This document shows, in pieces, positions 8,186-16,973 of a stretch of 64,000 nt of DNA; the stretch's first letter is position 1, and each line of letters starts with the position of its first letter. The DNA is from a virus, in the IMG/VR virus record IMGVR_UViG_3300042731_005759, positions 1 through 64,000 of that record; one strand, 5' to 3'. The notes below the pieces were generated by a model, which saw nothing but the letters and a program-made list of their open reading frames with translations, searched no databases and had not been told where the DNA came from. A program made the translations under genes and the position numbers.

Positions 8186-9495
8186 TGATAACTAAGAAAA
8201 ATTTATTAGAGACAATTAAATCAATGAAGGAGGCACCGATAGATTACGGTGATTCTCCTGAAAGAATTAATAAGGATATCGAGGATAAACTTAGAGATAG
8301 AGAAACACCATTTAAAGATAACCCTGGTTTTCCTGAAGAAGAACCTGATGGACTACCATCCAATTGGGAGGAACTAATAGCATCAAAGAGATTCAAAGAT
8401 GTAGTAGAAAAGGTAAAAAGATATACAGGATTTGAAGGTGATGTTACTTCTCAAGCATCATTCATGTCATTACAACAAACATTGATGGGTACTCTAAGAT
8501 CCGTCATGTCATTCGAGAGTGAAAACAAAGAGTATTTAGAAAATTTAGCGGTACAGTTAGTTAAAAAAGAAATGGCATTACCTGAAGGTCAGTTACAGTT
8601 TGATGCCCAAATAGTACCGATGGGAGGTATAGATCCCGAAGGTTTCCAAATGCAGGGTGAAGATCCTGATGAGGAGGAAGTAGAACAACAGTTTGGTGTA
8701 AATCCTGAGGAGGCAGAAAATGACGTTGAACAGTTTATCACTGCAATGGAGAAGTTTGATGCTGAGACCGCAAAAAGAAGATTTATAAATGCGTTAATAC
8801 AAGGTGCATCTAAGAAAGGACATTTTATGTTTGAATTGGTTGCCAATGAATTAACTGAAAGAGACCCTAATATCGTAAACCAATATGGTGTTCTAATGTC
8901 CATAAATGATCTAATGTATTGGATATTACCTGATGGTGTTATCGAAGGACAGTTTGGTCAGGGTGGTTTTGCAGGTAAAGAAGAGGTTGATACAGAAACA
9001 GACCCACCTACGGTGAAAGCGAGAGCCGTATTCTTCCCCGCACTTGTCCACGAACTAATTAAAGGTGTTATGGAAATATTAGGTACTCAAGGTTTACCTG
9101 ACGACCCAAGAGCTGCGGAAATGGTAATGAGTAAAACAGATACTATACCTTCTGAAATTTGGGATTTAAGGTTAGGTCCCGTGATATGGGAAAAATTCTA
9201 CGAGTCGTATCCTAATAGACTGTTTGATGAGGATATCAAACATATACAGAATTATCTATTCTCAAGATTTTCCGCGTTAGACACTCAGGAATTTTTTAAA
9301 GTATCAAGAGAGATATTAAGAGGTAGTGAACTTGGTAAAGAAATAGTAAATAACATGGTCAACCAAATTATTGATGATCTTAAAAGAGAAGATTATGAAG
9401 AAGATCAATACAATAGAGAAATGGAAGACTCTGATGATGGATTAGATAGTTTCTTAGGTTCATTAGGTATATCCCTATCTGACGACGACGAGTAA
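8185..9495 (+). CDS. Hypothetical acidic protein upstream of the terminase
   Basis: 436-aa ORF containing PALVHELIKG (HExxH-like with Lys in place of the second His). Confidence 0.75.
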   Translation: MITKKNLLETIKSMKEAPIDYGDSPERINKDIEDKLRDRETPFKDNPGFPEEEPDGLPSNWEELIASKRFKDVVEKVKRYTGFEGDVTSQASFMSLQQTLMGTLRSVMSFESENKEYLENLAVQLVKKEMALPEGQLQFDAQIVPMGGIDPEGFQMQGEDPDEEEVEQQFGVNPEEAENDVEQFITAMEKFDAETAKRRFINALIQGASKKGHFMFELVANELTERDPNIVNQYGVLMSINDLMYWILPDGVIEGQFGQGGFAGKEEVDTETDPPTVKARAVFFPALVHELIKGVMEILGTQGLPDDPRAAEMVMSKTDTIPSEIWDLRLGPVIWEKFYESYPNRLFDEDIKHIQNYLFSRFSALDTQEFFKVSREILRGSELGKEIVNNMVNQIIDDLKREDYEEDQYNREMEDSDDGLDSFLGSLGISLSDDDE

Positions 9496-9513
9496 ACTTC
9501 ACAAGTCCTGATG

Positions 9514-9538
9514 AAAGTGGTTAGATACCACTTTTTTT
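9514..9538 (+). terminator. Intrinsic terminator
   Basis: AAAGTGGT-tagat-ACCACTTT followed by a T run. Confidence 0.65.
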
Positions 9539-9539
9539 G

Positions 9540-9547
9540 TATTTATA
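9540..9547 (+). promoter_or_regulatory. TATTTAT(A) putative late promoter (representative copy upstream of the terminase)
   Basis: The same motif precedes at least 25 genes on the coding strand. Plus strand: 1060, 5001, 6113, 11375, 13173, 14733, 15498, 37214, 39988, 41040, 45336, 52574, 54575, 57666, 58279, 59208, 61046. Minus strand: 1018, 14213, 21398, 22802, 26791, 37196, 49858, 54507. Confidence 0.7.
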
Positions 9548-9551
9548 AGAT

Positions 9552-11339
9552 ATGGACAAAAACAAACTCATACAATTAAAGGAATACGCAAAGATCATGA
9601 AGGACACTCCTTATGCCCTTAAAACGTATTTGACAACGTATGATAATACACAAAAGAAATATGTTCCATTAGAGTTATTTCCTGATCAAGTACAGTTGAT
9701 CCAAGACTATGATAACTATAATGAAAATATAACACGTAAGTATAGACAGGCGGGTGTTTCTACAGTAACCGCTGCGTGGATATCAAAGAAGATACAAACT
9801 GCGAGTCCCGATAACCCTGAGAGGGTTCTAATTATTGCAAACAAAAGAGATACTGCAATAGAAATGGCGAATAAAATTCGTGGTTTCTTAGATCAATGGC
9901 CCGAATGGATCAATGTTGGGTTCTCTGTAGACAAAAACTCCGAAAGTAGATATAGGATGAATAATGGTTGTGAGGTTAAGGCCGTTGCAACTTCCGCAGA
10001 TGCACTTCGTGGTTATACACCTACGGTTCTTGTATTTGATGAGGCGGCATATATCGAAGCGGGTGAAGATTTTTGGGCTGCGTGTATGGCCTCCCTATCT
10101 ACAGGTGGTAAAGTTATTCTTATATCCACACCAAACGGGTATGACCCAATCTATTATGGTGTATATGATCAAGCTCTACGTGGTATGAATGATTTTCATA
10201 TTACCGACCTTAGGTGGTTTAAAGATCCAAGATACGCAAGTGACCTTAAATGGTTAAGGGTTGATGATATAATTCATTATATGTTGAACAGAGAACAATA
10301 TAATGATAAGGACATTACCTTGGAAGAAGGTTGGGAGAACTATGTAACATTGATGGATCAAGGTTATAAACCATATTCTACTTGGTTTGAGAATATGGCA
10401 AAGAAATTCAAATATGATAAAAGAAAAATCGCACAGGAATTGGAGTGTGACTTCCTCGGTTCTGGTGACGGTGTTATCCCTAACAGTGTACAAGATAGGA
10501 TAAGAAAGACCATGATTAAAGACCCGATTGAAAAATATATGCAGGGTACTATGTGGTTATGGAAAGAACCTGTTGAGGGTCATAGGTATATCATGGGAGT
10601 TGACGTTTCAAGAGGTGATAGTGCGGATGCGTCTTCGATATGTGTAATTGATTTTGATGAAAGGGAACAAGTTGCGGAATATGTCGGTAAGATACCACCC
10701 GACGATTTAGCATCAATAGTTTATAAATGGGGTGTTCTATATAAAGCATTTGTCGCAACAGATATTACGGGTGGTATGGGTATTGCCACTTCAAGAAAAT
10801 TACAAGAGATGGGATATAAAGATCAATATGTTGACGGTATAACATCCAATAATATGTGGCAATCATGGAAAAAATCACAAGAAAAAATACCAGGTATAAA
10901 TTTTAATAATAAAAGAACACAGATAGTCGCAAGTTTTGAGGAACAGTTAAGACATGGTTTTGTTGTTAGATCTTCAAGACTACTTAATGAACTAAACACT
11001 TTTGTTTATATAAATGGTAGACCTAATCACATGAAAGGTGCCCATGATGACGCTATTATGGCGATGGCAATTGCAATGTATGTTGGAGATATCTGTTTCA
11101 CTCAATTAAAAAGAAACGATAATGCCAACAAATCCATGTTAGATTCTTGGACTCTTTCAGAGAGAACTTACGATACTAATAAATCATTTTATTCCTATGG
11201 GACGGCATTTGATGCGGTTGGCTCTATGGCGATGGACAAAAATGCACCACCGTCTCATCCAACAACAAATCAAAATATGACCATGGAACAATATAAAGAA
11301 TATATGTGGTTATTTGGTAGTAGAACTAAACAGGTTTAA
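9552..11339 (+). CDS. terL: Terminase large subunit (T4 gp17-like)
   Basis: KYRQAGVST Walker A, LVFDEAA Walker B, ISTPNG coupling motif, GVDVSRG nuclease motif and HDDAIMA. Confidence 0.95.
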   Translation: MDKNKLIQLKEYAKIMKDTPYALKTYLTTYDNTQKKYVPLELFPDQVQLIQDYDNYNENITRKYRQAGVSTVTAAWISKKIQTASPDNPERVLIIANKRDTAIEMANKIRGFLDQWPEWINVGFSVDKNSESRYRMNNGCEVKAVATSADALRGYTPTVLVFDEAAYIEAGEDFWAACMASLSTGGKVILISTPNGYDPIYYGVYDQALRGMNDFHITDLRWFKDPRYASDLKWLRVDDIIHYMLNREQYNDKDITLEEGWENYVTLMDQGYKPYSTWFENMAKKFKYDKRKIAQELECDFLGSGDGVIPNSVQDRIRKTMIKDPIEKYMQGTMWLWKEPVEGHRYIMGVDVSRGDSADASSICVIDFDEREQVAEYVGKIPPDDLASIVYKWGVLYKAFVATDITGGMGIATSRKLQEMGYKDQYVDGITSNNMWQSWKKSQEKIPGINFNNKRTQIVASFEEQLRHGFVVRSSRLLNELNTFVYINGRPNHMKGAHDDAIMAMAIAMYVGDICFTQLKRNDNANKSMLDSWTLSERTYDTNKSFYSYGTAFDAVGSMAMDKNAPPSHPTTNQNMTMEQYKEYMWLFGSRTKQV

Positions 11340-11385
11340 AAATTGAAAAAAATTTCTTATATTATAATGTATAATATTTATTAGT

Positions 11386-13218
11386 ATGGCTAAACAAAAT
11401 CTAACAGTATATCAAAGACTTACAAAAGTATTCGGTTTTACGGCAGAAAGACCGACATCACCTCCTCAGTATAAATTTGATAGAGATAAACTTTTAAAAA
11501 CTGATAGTAGAGAGGACTACGAAAGAGAGATGTTGCAACAGCAACAGAGTCAGTATATTGCCGATAAGTGGACAAAATTAGATCAGTCTCTTTATAATCA
11601 ATCAGTTTATTATGAACCAAATAGATTAGCCGCATATTATGATTACGAATCAATGGAATTTACTCCTGAAATTTCTGCCGCATTAGACATATACTCAGAG
11701 GAATCAACAACTCTATCAGAGAAAGGAGAAATATTGACCATTTACTCAGAATCAAAAAGAGTAAAAAACATCTTATCTGATTTATTTTATAATATTCTTG
11801 ATATCAATACCAACTTACAAATGTGGTGTAGAGGTACGTCAAAGTATGGTGATAACTTTGTTTATTTGAAAATAGATCCAAGTAAGGGAGTTATTGGTTG
11901 TCAACAACTACCAAATATAGAAATCGAAAGACATGAAGGTGCGGCATCACAAGTACATAAGGCGGAAAACCCAAGTGGAGTAAAGTTACCAAGTAGAGAA
12001 CTTAGATTTACATGGAAAAATAAAGACATGGAGTTCCAAGCATGGGAGGTGGCACACTTTAGATTATTAGGTGACGATAGAAAATTACCATACGGTACAT
12101 CAATGTTAGATAAAGTTAGACGTATTTGGAAACAATTACTTCTTGCAGAAGACGCGATGTTAATATATAGAACGTCAAGAGCACCCGAAAGAAGAGTCTT
12201 TAAAGTATTCGTGGGTAACATGGATGATAAAGACATCGAATCATATGTACAACGTATCGCAAACAAATTTAAAAGAGATTCTATTGTAGACCCTAAAAAT
12301 GGTCAAGTAGATATGAGATACAATCAAATGGCGGTCGACCAGGATTATTTTATTCCTGTTAGAGATCCATCTCAAACTTCACCAATTGAAACTCTACCAG
12401 GGGCACAGAACTTAGGTGAGATTGCAGATATTGAATATATCCAAAAGAAATTATTAGCCGCACTTAGAATTCCAAAGGCGTTTTTAGGTTTTGAAGAAAT
12501 TGTGGGTGAAGGTAAGAGTTTGGCATTAATGGATATAAGATTTGCCAGAACAATTAATAGGATCCAAAAATCTCTAATACAAGAATTAAATAAAATTGCA
12601 TTAGTTCATTTATATCTTTTAGGTTTGGAGGATGAATTAGATAATTTCACATTATCACTAACTAATCCTTCCGCACAATCTGATCTTCTTAGAATTGAAC
12701 AATGGAAAGAAAAGATTACTCTTTATAAAGATGCTACTTCGGACCAATCACAGATTGGAATACAACCTGTATCACATACATGGGCTAAGAAAAATATACT
12801 TGGTATGAGTGATAATGATGTTGTACTTGATTTACAACAACAAAGACTTGAAAGAGCACTTGGTGCAGAATTAGGTATCACACAAAATATAATTAAAAGA
12901 ACAGGTGTATTTGATGAGGTCGATAAAAAGTATGGAATACCTGAAGAAGAAAGACAAGCGATGGATGATAACATGGCACCCGCAGAAGGAGGTGGAGGAG
13001 GAGACGACTTCTTAGGTGGAGGAGGTAGTGATAGTGCACCCCCACCACCACCCGCAGATGCAGAACCCTTAGCGGAAGGTAAAAAGAGTAAGAAAAGTAA
13101 AATATTGGGAGAGTTAGGTGATGAAAAACTCGAATTTGATGATCTTTTTGATGTCAATAAGGCCCAAGAGAATATTTATGAAATAGAGAATAAATTAAAA
13201 GACATTATAAATGAGTAG
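11386..13218 (+). CDS. Portal protein (T4 gp20-like)
   Basis: PEISAALDIY, EDAMLIYRTSRAPERRVFKVFVGN, DYFIPVR, IETLPG and LRIPK motifs. Confidence 0.95.
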   Translation: MAKQNLTVYQRLTKVFGFTAERPTSPPQYKFDRDKLLKTDSREDYEREMLQQQQSQYIADKWTKLDQSLYNQSVYYEPNRLAAYYDYESMEFTPEISAALDIYSEESTTLSEKGEILTIYSESKRVKNILSDLFYNILDINTNLQMWCRGTSKYGDNFVYLKIDPSKGVIGCQQLPNIEIERHEGAASQVHKAENPSGVKLPSRELRFTWKNKDMEFQAWEVAHFRLLGDDRKLPYGTSMLDKVRRIWKQLLLAEDAMLIYRTSRAPERRVFKVFVGNMDDKDIESYVQRIANKFKRDSIVDPKNGQVDMRYNQMAVDQDYFIPVRDPSQTSPIETLPGAQNLGEIADIEYIQKKLLAALRIPKAFLGFEEIVGEGKSLALMDIRFARTINRIQKSLIQELNKIALVHLYLLGLEDELDNFTLSLTNPSAQSDLLRIEQWKEKITLYKDATSDQSQIGIQPVSHTWAKKNILGMSDNDVVLDLQQQRLERALGAELGITQNIIKRTGVFDEVDKKYGIPEEERQAMDDNMAPAEGGGGGDDFLGGGGSDSAPPPPPADAEPLAEGKKSKKSKILGELGDEKLEFDDLFDVNKAQENIYEIENKLKDIINE

Positions 13219-13220
13219 AT

Positions 13221-13964
13221 ATGGCATCATTTGGAACAATAAAAAGTAAAATATTAGTTAAACTAACTGAGAGTTACGGTGGAGATAATTTTAAGGAGAA
13301 TTTGAATAATGTATTCAAACCTATAATGAATAACGATTCTTTAAAAGAACTATATTCTTTATATGAGGAAATCGAAACAATGACTTTTGAGGATAAAGAA
13401 ACCGCATCTATCTACGTAGATGAAATATCGAGTATATTAAAAACAAGATACGATCAAGTTAATGATACAATTCATGTGAGATTACTATCTGATATTAACG
13501 AACACCTAAAAGATGTTGAGTGTGAAACTAACGAATTATATGAGTGGTTAGATACACTTTCAAATCCTGATAAATTAGGTAATGTCTCTCACAAGGTAAA
13601 AGCAAAGAAAAAATTAGTTGAACACCTTACAACACCAAAGACCATTGAAAAACTCACATTTAAATCAGTAAATGAAAATTTATTGAATTCTGTGTTAGTA
13701 AATAACTTTAATGTGTCTTATGATGAAAAACTTACAGAAAATGAAAAAGAGAGGTTAAAGACATACATGTCTTTGGCTGGTGATGACTTGAGTACAAAAT
13801 TTTCTGAACTAAAGGAATCGGTTTATAATAAGTTAGATACGTTGGTCGAAAACGAAAAAGATTTCACCGAAAAATCTAAACAAGTCAAAAGTGAAGTAGA
13901 TCAAATGGAAGTTAATCGTTTTAATCTATTTAGATTAGAGGATTTATCCCAAGGTCTTTCCTAA
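13221..13964 (+). CDS. Hypothetical head-module protein
   Basis: 247-aa helical ORF directly after the portal gene. Confidence 0.7.
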   Translation: MASFGTIKSKILVKLTESYGGDNFKENLNNVFKPIMNNDSLKELYSLYEEIETMTFEDKETASIYVDEISSILKTRYDQVNDTIHVRLLSDINEHLKDVECETNELYEWLDTLSNPDKLGNVSHKVKAKKKLVEHLTTPKTIEKLTFKSVNENLLNSVLVNNFNVSYDEKLTENEKERLKTYMSLAGDDLSTKFSELKESVYNKLDTLVENEKDFTEKSKQVKSEVDQMEVNRFNLFRLEDLSQGLS

Positions 13965-13970
13965 ATAAAT

Positions 13971-13998
13971 AAAGTGTCCAATCGGACACTTTTTTTTT
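13971..13998. terminator. Bidirectional intrinsic terminator
   Basis: AAAGTGTCC-aatc-GGACACTTT flanked by an A-rich and a T-rich tract, between convergent genes. Confidence 0.8.
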
Positions 13999-14194
13999 AC
14001 TTTTCTTCTTCGGTTCTTATTCTTTGAATGTATATGGCTTTTTGTTTTTGTAGTCTTTTCTTTACTGAAGGTTTTGTGTATTGTTTTCTTTCCCTAAGTT
14101 GATTTAACTGTTTTGTGCGACGAACCTTACTACGGAGTTTTTTTATCGCCGCTTCTATTCCACCTTTATCTTTCTTAACCTTTATTATTAACAT
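13997..14194 (-). CDS. rpsU: Ribosomal protein bS21 (phage-encoded, Bacteroidota type)
   Basis: MLIIKVK...IEAAIKKLRSK...LRERKQYTKPSVKKR...KAIYIQ. Confidence 0.92.
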   Translation of the reverse strand: MLIIKVKKDKGGIEAAIKKLRSKVRRTKQLNQLRERKQYTKPSVKKRLQKQKAIYIQRIRTEEEK

Positions 14195-14292
14195 ACTAGA
14201 ATATTAATAAATATACTAGAAAAATTTGATATAGTAAATTATTTTTCGTATTATTTTATTACACCATAAAAAGAATAATATGGACAATTATA

Positions 14293-14718
14293 ATGAAATT
14301 AGGGAGATTCATCCCATTAGGTAACTACAGGGACGTAAAAATAGGTTATGGAACAATTAACCACAAAGATCTTAAAACCATTTATTTGAAGCTTAATTCA
14401 TGGTTGGAACCTGAAGACAGTGATTTAGACTTCGATTCAATAGTAAGATCTACAAGAAATAAAATAAAAAAACTTATATACAATTTAGGGTTTGATATCT
14501 TCAGACCCGAGAGTATCGTTGACTTAGATATCCGAACAAAAGGAATTAGTAAAGATAAGAGATCTTTTATGGATCTTGAAATAACTTTATATGTCCTAAA
14601 AGATATCGATATTAAGAGTGACAAGTTAAAACAGGATATGAATTCTTTGATTAGAGTGATCATTGATGAGTGTTTGGACAACGATTTATTATTTAATTTT
14701 AATAAAAAGAAAAAATAA
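14293..14718 (+). CDS. Hypothetical protein
   Basis: 141-aa ORF between bS21 and the prohead protease. Confidence 0.7.
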   Translation: MKLGRFIPLGNYRDVKIGYGTINHKDLKTIYLKLNSWLEPEDSDLDFDSIVRSTRNKIKKLIYNLGFDIFRPESIVDLDIRTKGISKDKRSFMDLEITLYVLKDIDIKSDKLKQDMNSLIRVIIDECLDNDLLFNFNKKKK

Positions 14719-14759
14719 GTTAGATATTGATGTATTTATAGTAATAAAACTATTGATAC

Positions 14760-15443
14760 ATGAAAGTATTAGGTCCAAACGAAACAGGTAGAGGTATTCT
14801 TATTGAATATGATGCAGGTCATATATCACCTGAAGAGAATAAGAAAGTAATAAGAGAAATGAAAGGTATTGATTTCTCAGATGATATTGTACTTTACGCT
14901 GTTCTACAAAAATTCGATACTCCAAATAAAAACGGGAGAATATATCCTGAAAAACTTCTTAAAAGAGAAGTAGAAAAATATCAGACTGTTATTGGTAAAG
15001 GTTCTGCGTTAAATGAACTAAACCACCCTTCATCATCACTTATCGATTTAGATAGAGTATCTCACACAATAGAAGAAACTTGGTGGGACGGTAAGATATT
15101 AATGGGAAAAATTAAACTATTACTTTCACCAGGTTGGAAAAAATCAGGTATCGTTAGTACAAAGGGTGATCAGGCCGCGATGTTACTCATGAATGGGGTA
15201 ACATTAGGTATCTCTTCAAGAGGTGTAGGATCACTTAAATCAGAAAAAGGTCAAAACATAGTACAGGAAGACTTTGAATTAGTTTGTTTTGACTTAGTTT
15301 CTTCTCCTTCTACACCAGGAGCATACATATTTAAGGACATAGAAGATAGAGATCAGTATGAGGAATCTGTTGAAGAACAACCTGTTGTAGATGAAAAAAT
15401 CTCAAGACTTATGGGTAAGTTAGATAGTTTTCTATCTAGGTGA
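14760..15443 (+). CDS. Prohead core protease (T4 gp21-like)
   Basis: NKNGRIYP, ELNHP, RVSH, GISSRGVGS and DLVSSPSTPGA motifs. Confidence 0.95.
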   Translation: MKVLGPNETGRGILIEYDAGHISPEENKKVIREMKGIDFSDDIVLYAVLQKFDTPNKNGRIYPEKLLKREVEKYQTVIGKGSALNELNHPSSSLIDLDRVSHTIEETWWDGKILMGKIKLLLSPGWKKSGIVSTKGDQAAMLLMNGVTLGISSRGVGSLKSEKGQNIVQEDFELVCFDLVSSPSTPGAYIFKDIEDRDQYEESVEEQPVVDEKISRLMGKLDSFLSR

Positions 15444-15524
15444 TAAATTTTTCTGTGATTCACATATCACGAAATGTAATTTTTCTGAAATACAAAGTAT
15501 TTATTAGTAAACATTTTATAACAA

Positions 15525-16943
15525 ATGAGTAAAAAATCCATTTTAGAACAAGCGTTGCTTCAGGTCCAAGACCTTGAAGAGGCAGTTAAGCAAAATGCAA
15601 AAGGTATACTTGCTTCAACAATGAAGGAAGAACTTAATGAAGTGCTTAAAGAAACCATGGAAGAAGAGGTAGTTGAGGGTAACGAAACTCCTATTACAGA
15701 AGACGAACAAGATATACCAATCTCGGAACAATTAGATGACGAGGAAGGGAATGATGACGAAGCTTCAATAAATGACGAACCATCTGACGAAGAAGATCCT
15801 GATTTAGATGATGAAGGTGTGGAAGGTGATCTTGACATCGATGATATCGATAGTGAAGGTGACATAGAAGAACCATCATTAGATGATGAAGGTGACGATG
15901 ATGTCTTAGATATGACCGATGCTTCTGACGAAGAAGTTCTTAAGGTATTCAAATCAATGAAACCTGAGGACGGAATTGTTGTTAAGAAGGACGGTGATAA
16001 CGTCGAATTAGAAGACGGAGACGACGAATATATCATTAAACTTGATAGTGAAGAAGGTGACATCGATGAAGAAACCAACGAAGGTGACACTCACGAGTAT
16101 GGTGAGGGTGACATGGAAGAAGAGGTTTCAGAAGAAACTAATGAAGAGGTCTCTGAAGAAACTAACGAAGAGGTAGCTGAAGAAGAAGTATCTGAGGAAG
16201 TATCCGAAGAAACTAACGAAGAAGTTGCTGAAGAGGAAGTATCTGAAGAAGAAGTTTCAGAAGGTGATGACACTGTATATGAAATCGAGTTAGATAATAT
16301 AGACGAAGAGGAAGTCTCAGAAGAAGAGGTTGCTGAAGAAGAAGTATCTGAGGAAGTATCCGAAGAAACTAACGAAGAGGTAGCTGAAGAAGTTTCCGAA
16401 GAAGAGGTATCTGAAGAAGAAGTCTCTGAAGAGGAAGAGTCTCATGAAGAAGAAGTAGGTGAGGCAGCAAGAACAAAATCTAACGTTCACGGTGATAAAG
16501 GTGGTGCCAACAGAGCGGGTATTAAAGGTAAAACTAAATACAAGGCAGGCGCTATCAACGAGGAAGTTGAAACTTTAAAGAAACAAAACGCAGAATATAA
16601 GAAAGCGTTAGTCCTATTTAAAGATAAACTAAACGAGGTCGCTGTATTCAACGCTAATTTAGCGTTCGCTACGAGATTGTTCACTGAACATTCTACTACT
16701 CGTCAAGAGAAATTAAACATTTTGAAGAGGTTTGACGCAGTAACATCTTTAACAGAATCGAAGAGTACATACAAAACAATTAAAACAGAATTGGATTCTT
16801 CGAAGAACGTTACAGAATCTGTGGTCGAGAAAATTTCTTCAACCCCGACAACGTCTTCATCTCAAGAAGTACTTTCAGAAACAAAGGCTTACGAAAGTCC
16901 TCAATTCAAGAGAATGAAAGATTTAATGTCAAAATTAAAATAA
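15525..16943 (+). CDS. Prohead core/scaffolding protein (gp22-like position)
   Basis: Located between the protease and the major capsid gene. Extremely acidic, with repeats and a C-terminal coiled coil. Confidence 0.75.
   Translation: MSKKSILEQALLQVQDLEEAVKQNAKGILASTMKEELNEVLKETMEEEVVEGNETPITEDEQDIPISEQLDDEEGNDDEASINDEPSDEEDPDLDDEGVEGDLDIDDIDSEGDIEEPSLDDEGDDDVLDMTDASDEEVLKVFKSMKPEDGIVVKKDGDNVELEDGDDEYIIKLDSEEGDIDEETNEGDTHEYGEGDMEEEVSEETNEEVSEETNEEVAEEEVSEEVSEETNEEVAEEEVSEEEVSEGDDTVYEIELDNIDEEEVSEEEVAEEEVSEEVSEETNEEVAEEVSEEEVSEEEVSEEEESHEEEVGEAARTKSNVHGDKGGANRAGIKGKTKYKAGAINEEVETLKKQNAEYKKALVLFKDKLNEVAVFNANLAFATRLFTEHSTTRQEKLNILKRFDAVTSLTESKSTYKTIKTELDSSKNVTESVVEKISSTPTTSSSQEVLSETKAYESPQFKRMKDLMSKLK
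16117..16464 (+). repeat. Degenerate EEVSE/ETNE/EVAE tandem repeat in the scaffold gene
   Basis: Repeated gaagaggt(a/t/c)(t/g)ctgaa and gaaactaacgaa units. Confidence 0.8.
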
Positions 16944-16973
16944 TAAATAAAAACTAAAAAACTCAATTTAAAA

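Noticed and set aside
15450-15476. Small hairpin GTGAT/ATCAC upstream of the scaffold gene
   Set aside because: The stem is short, has no U-tract, and could arise by chance in AT-rich DNA.
15560-16273. Ser-rich minus-strand ORFs (also 6715, 12723 and other short antisense ORFs in the track)
   Set aside because: Antisense shadows of Glu/Asp-rich genes (GAA read as TTC/TCT). They have no promoter motif or recognisable domain.
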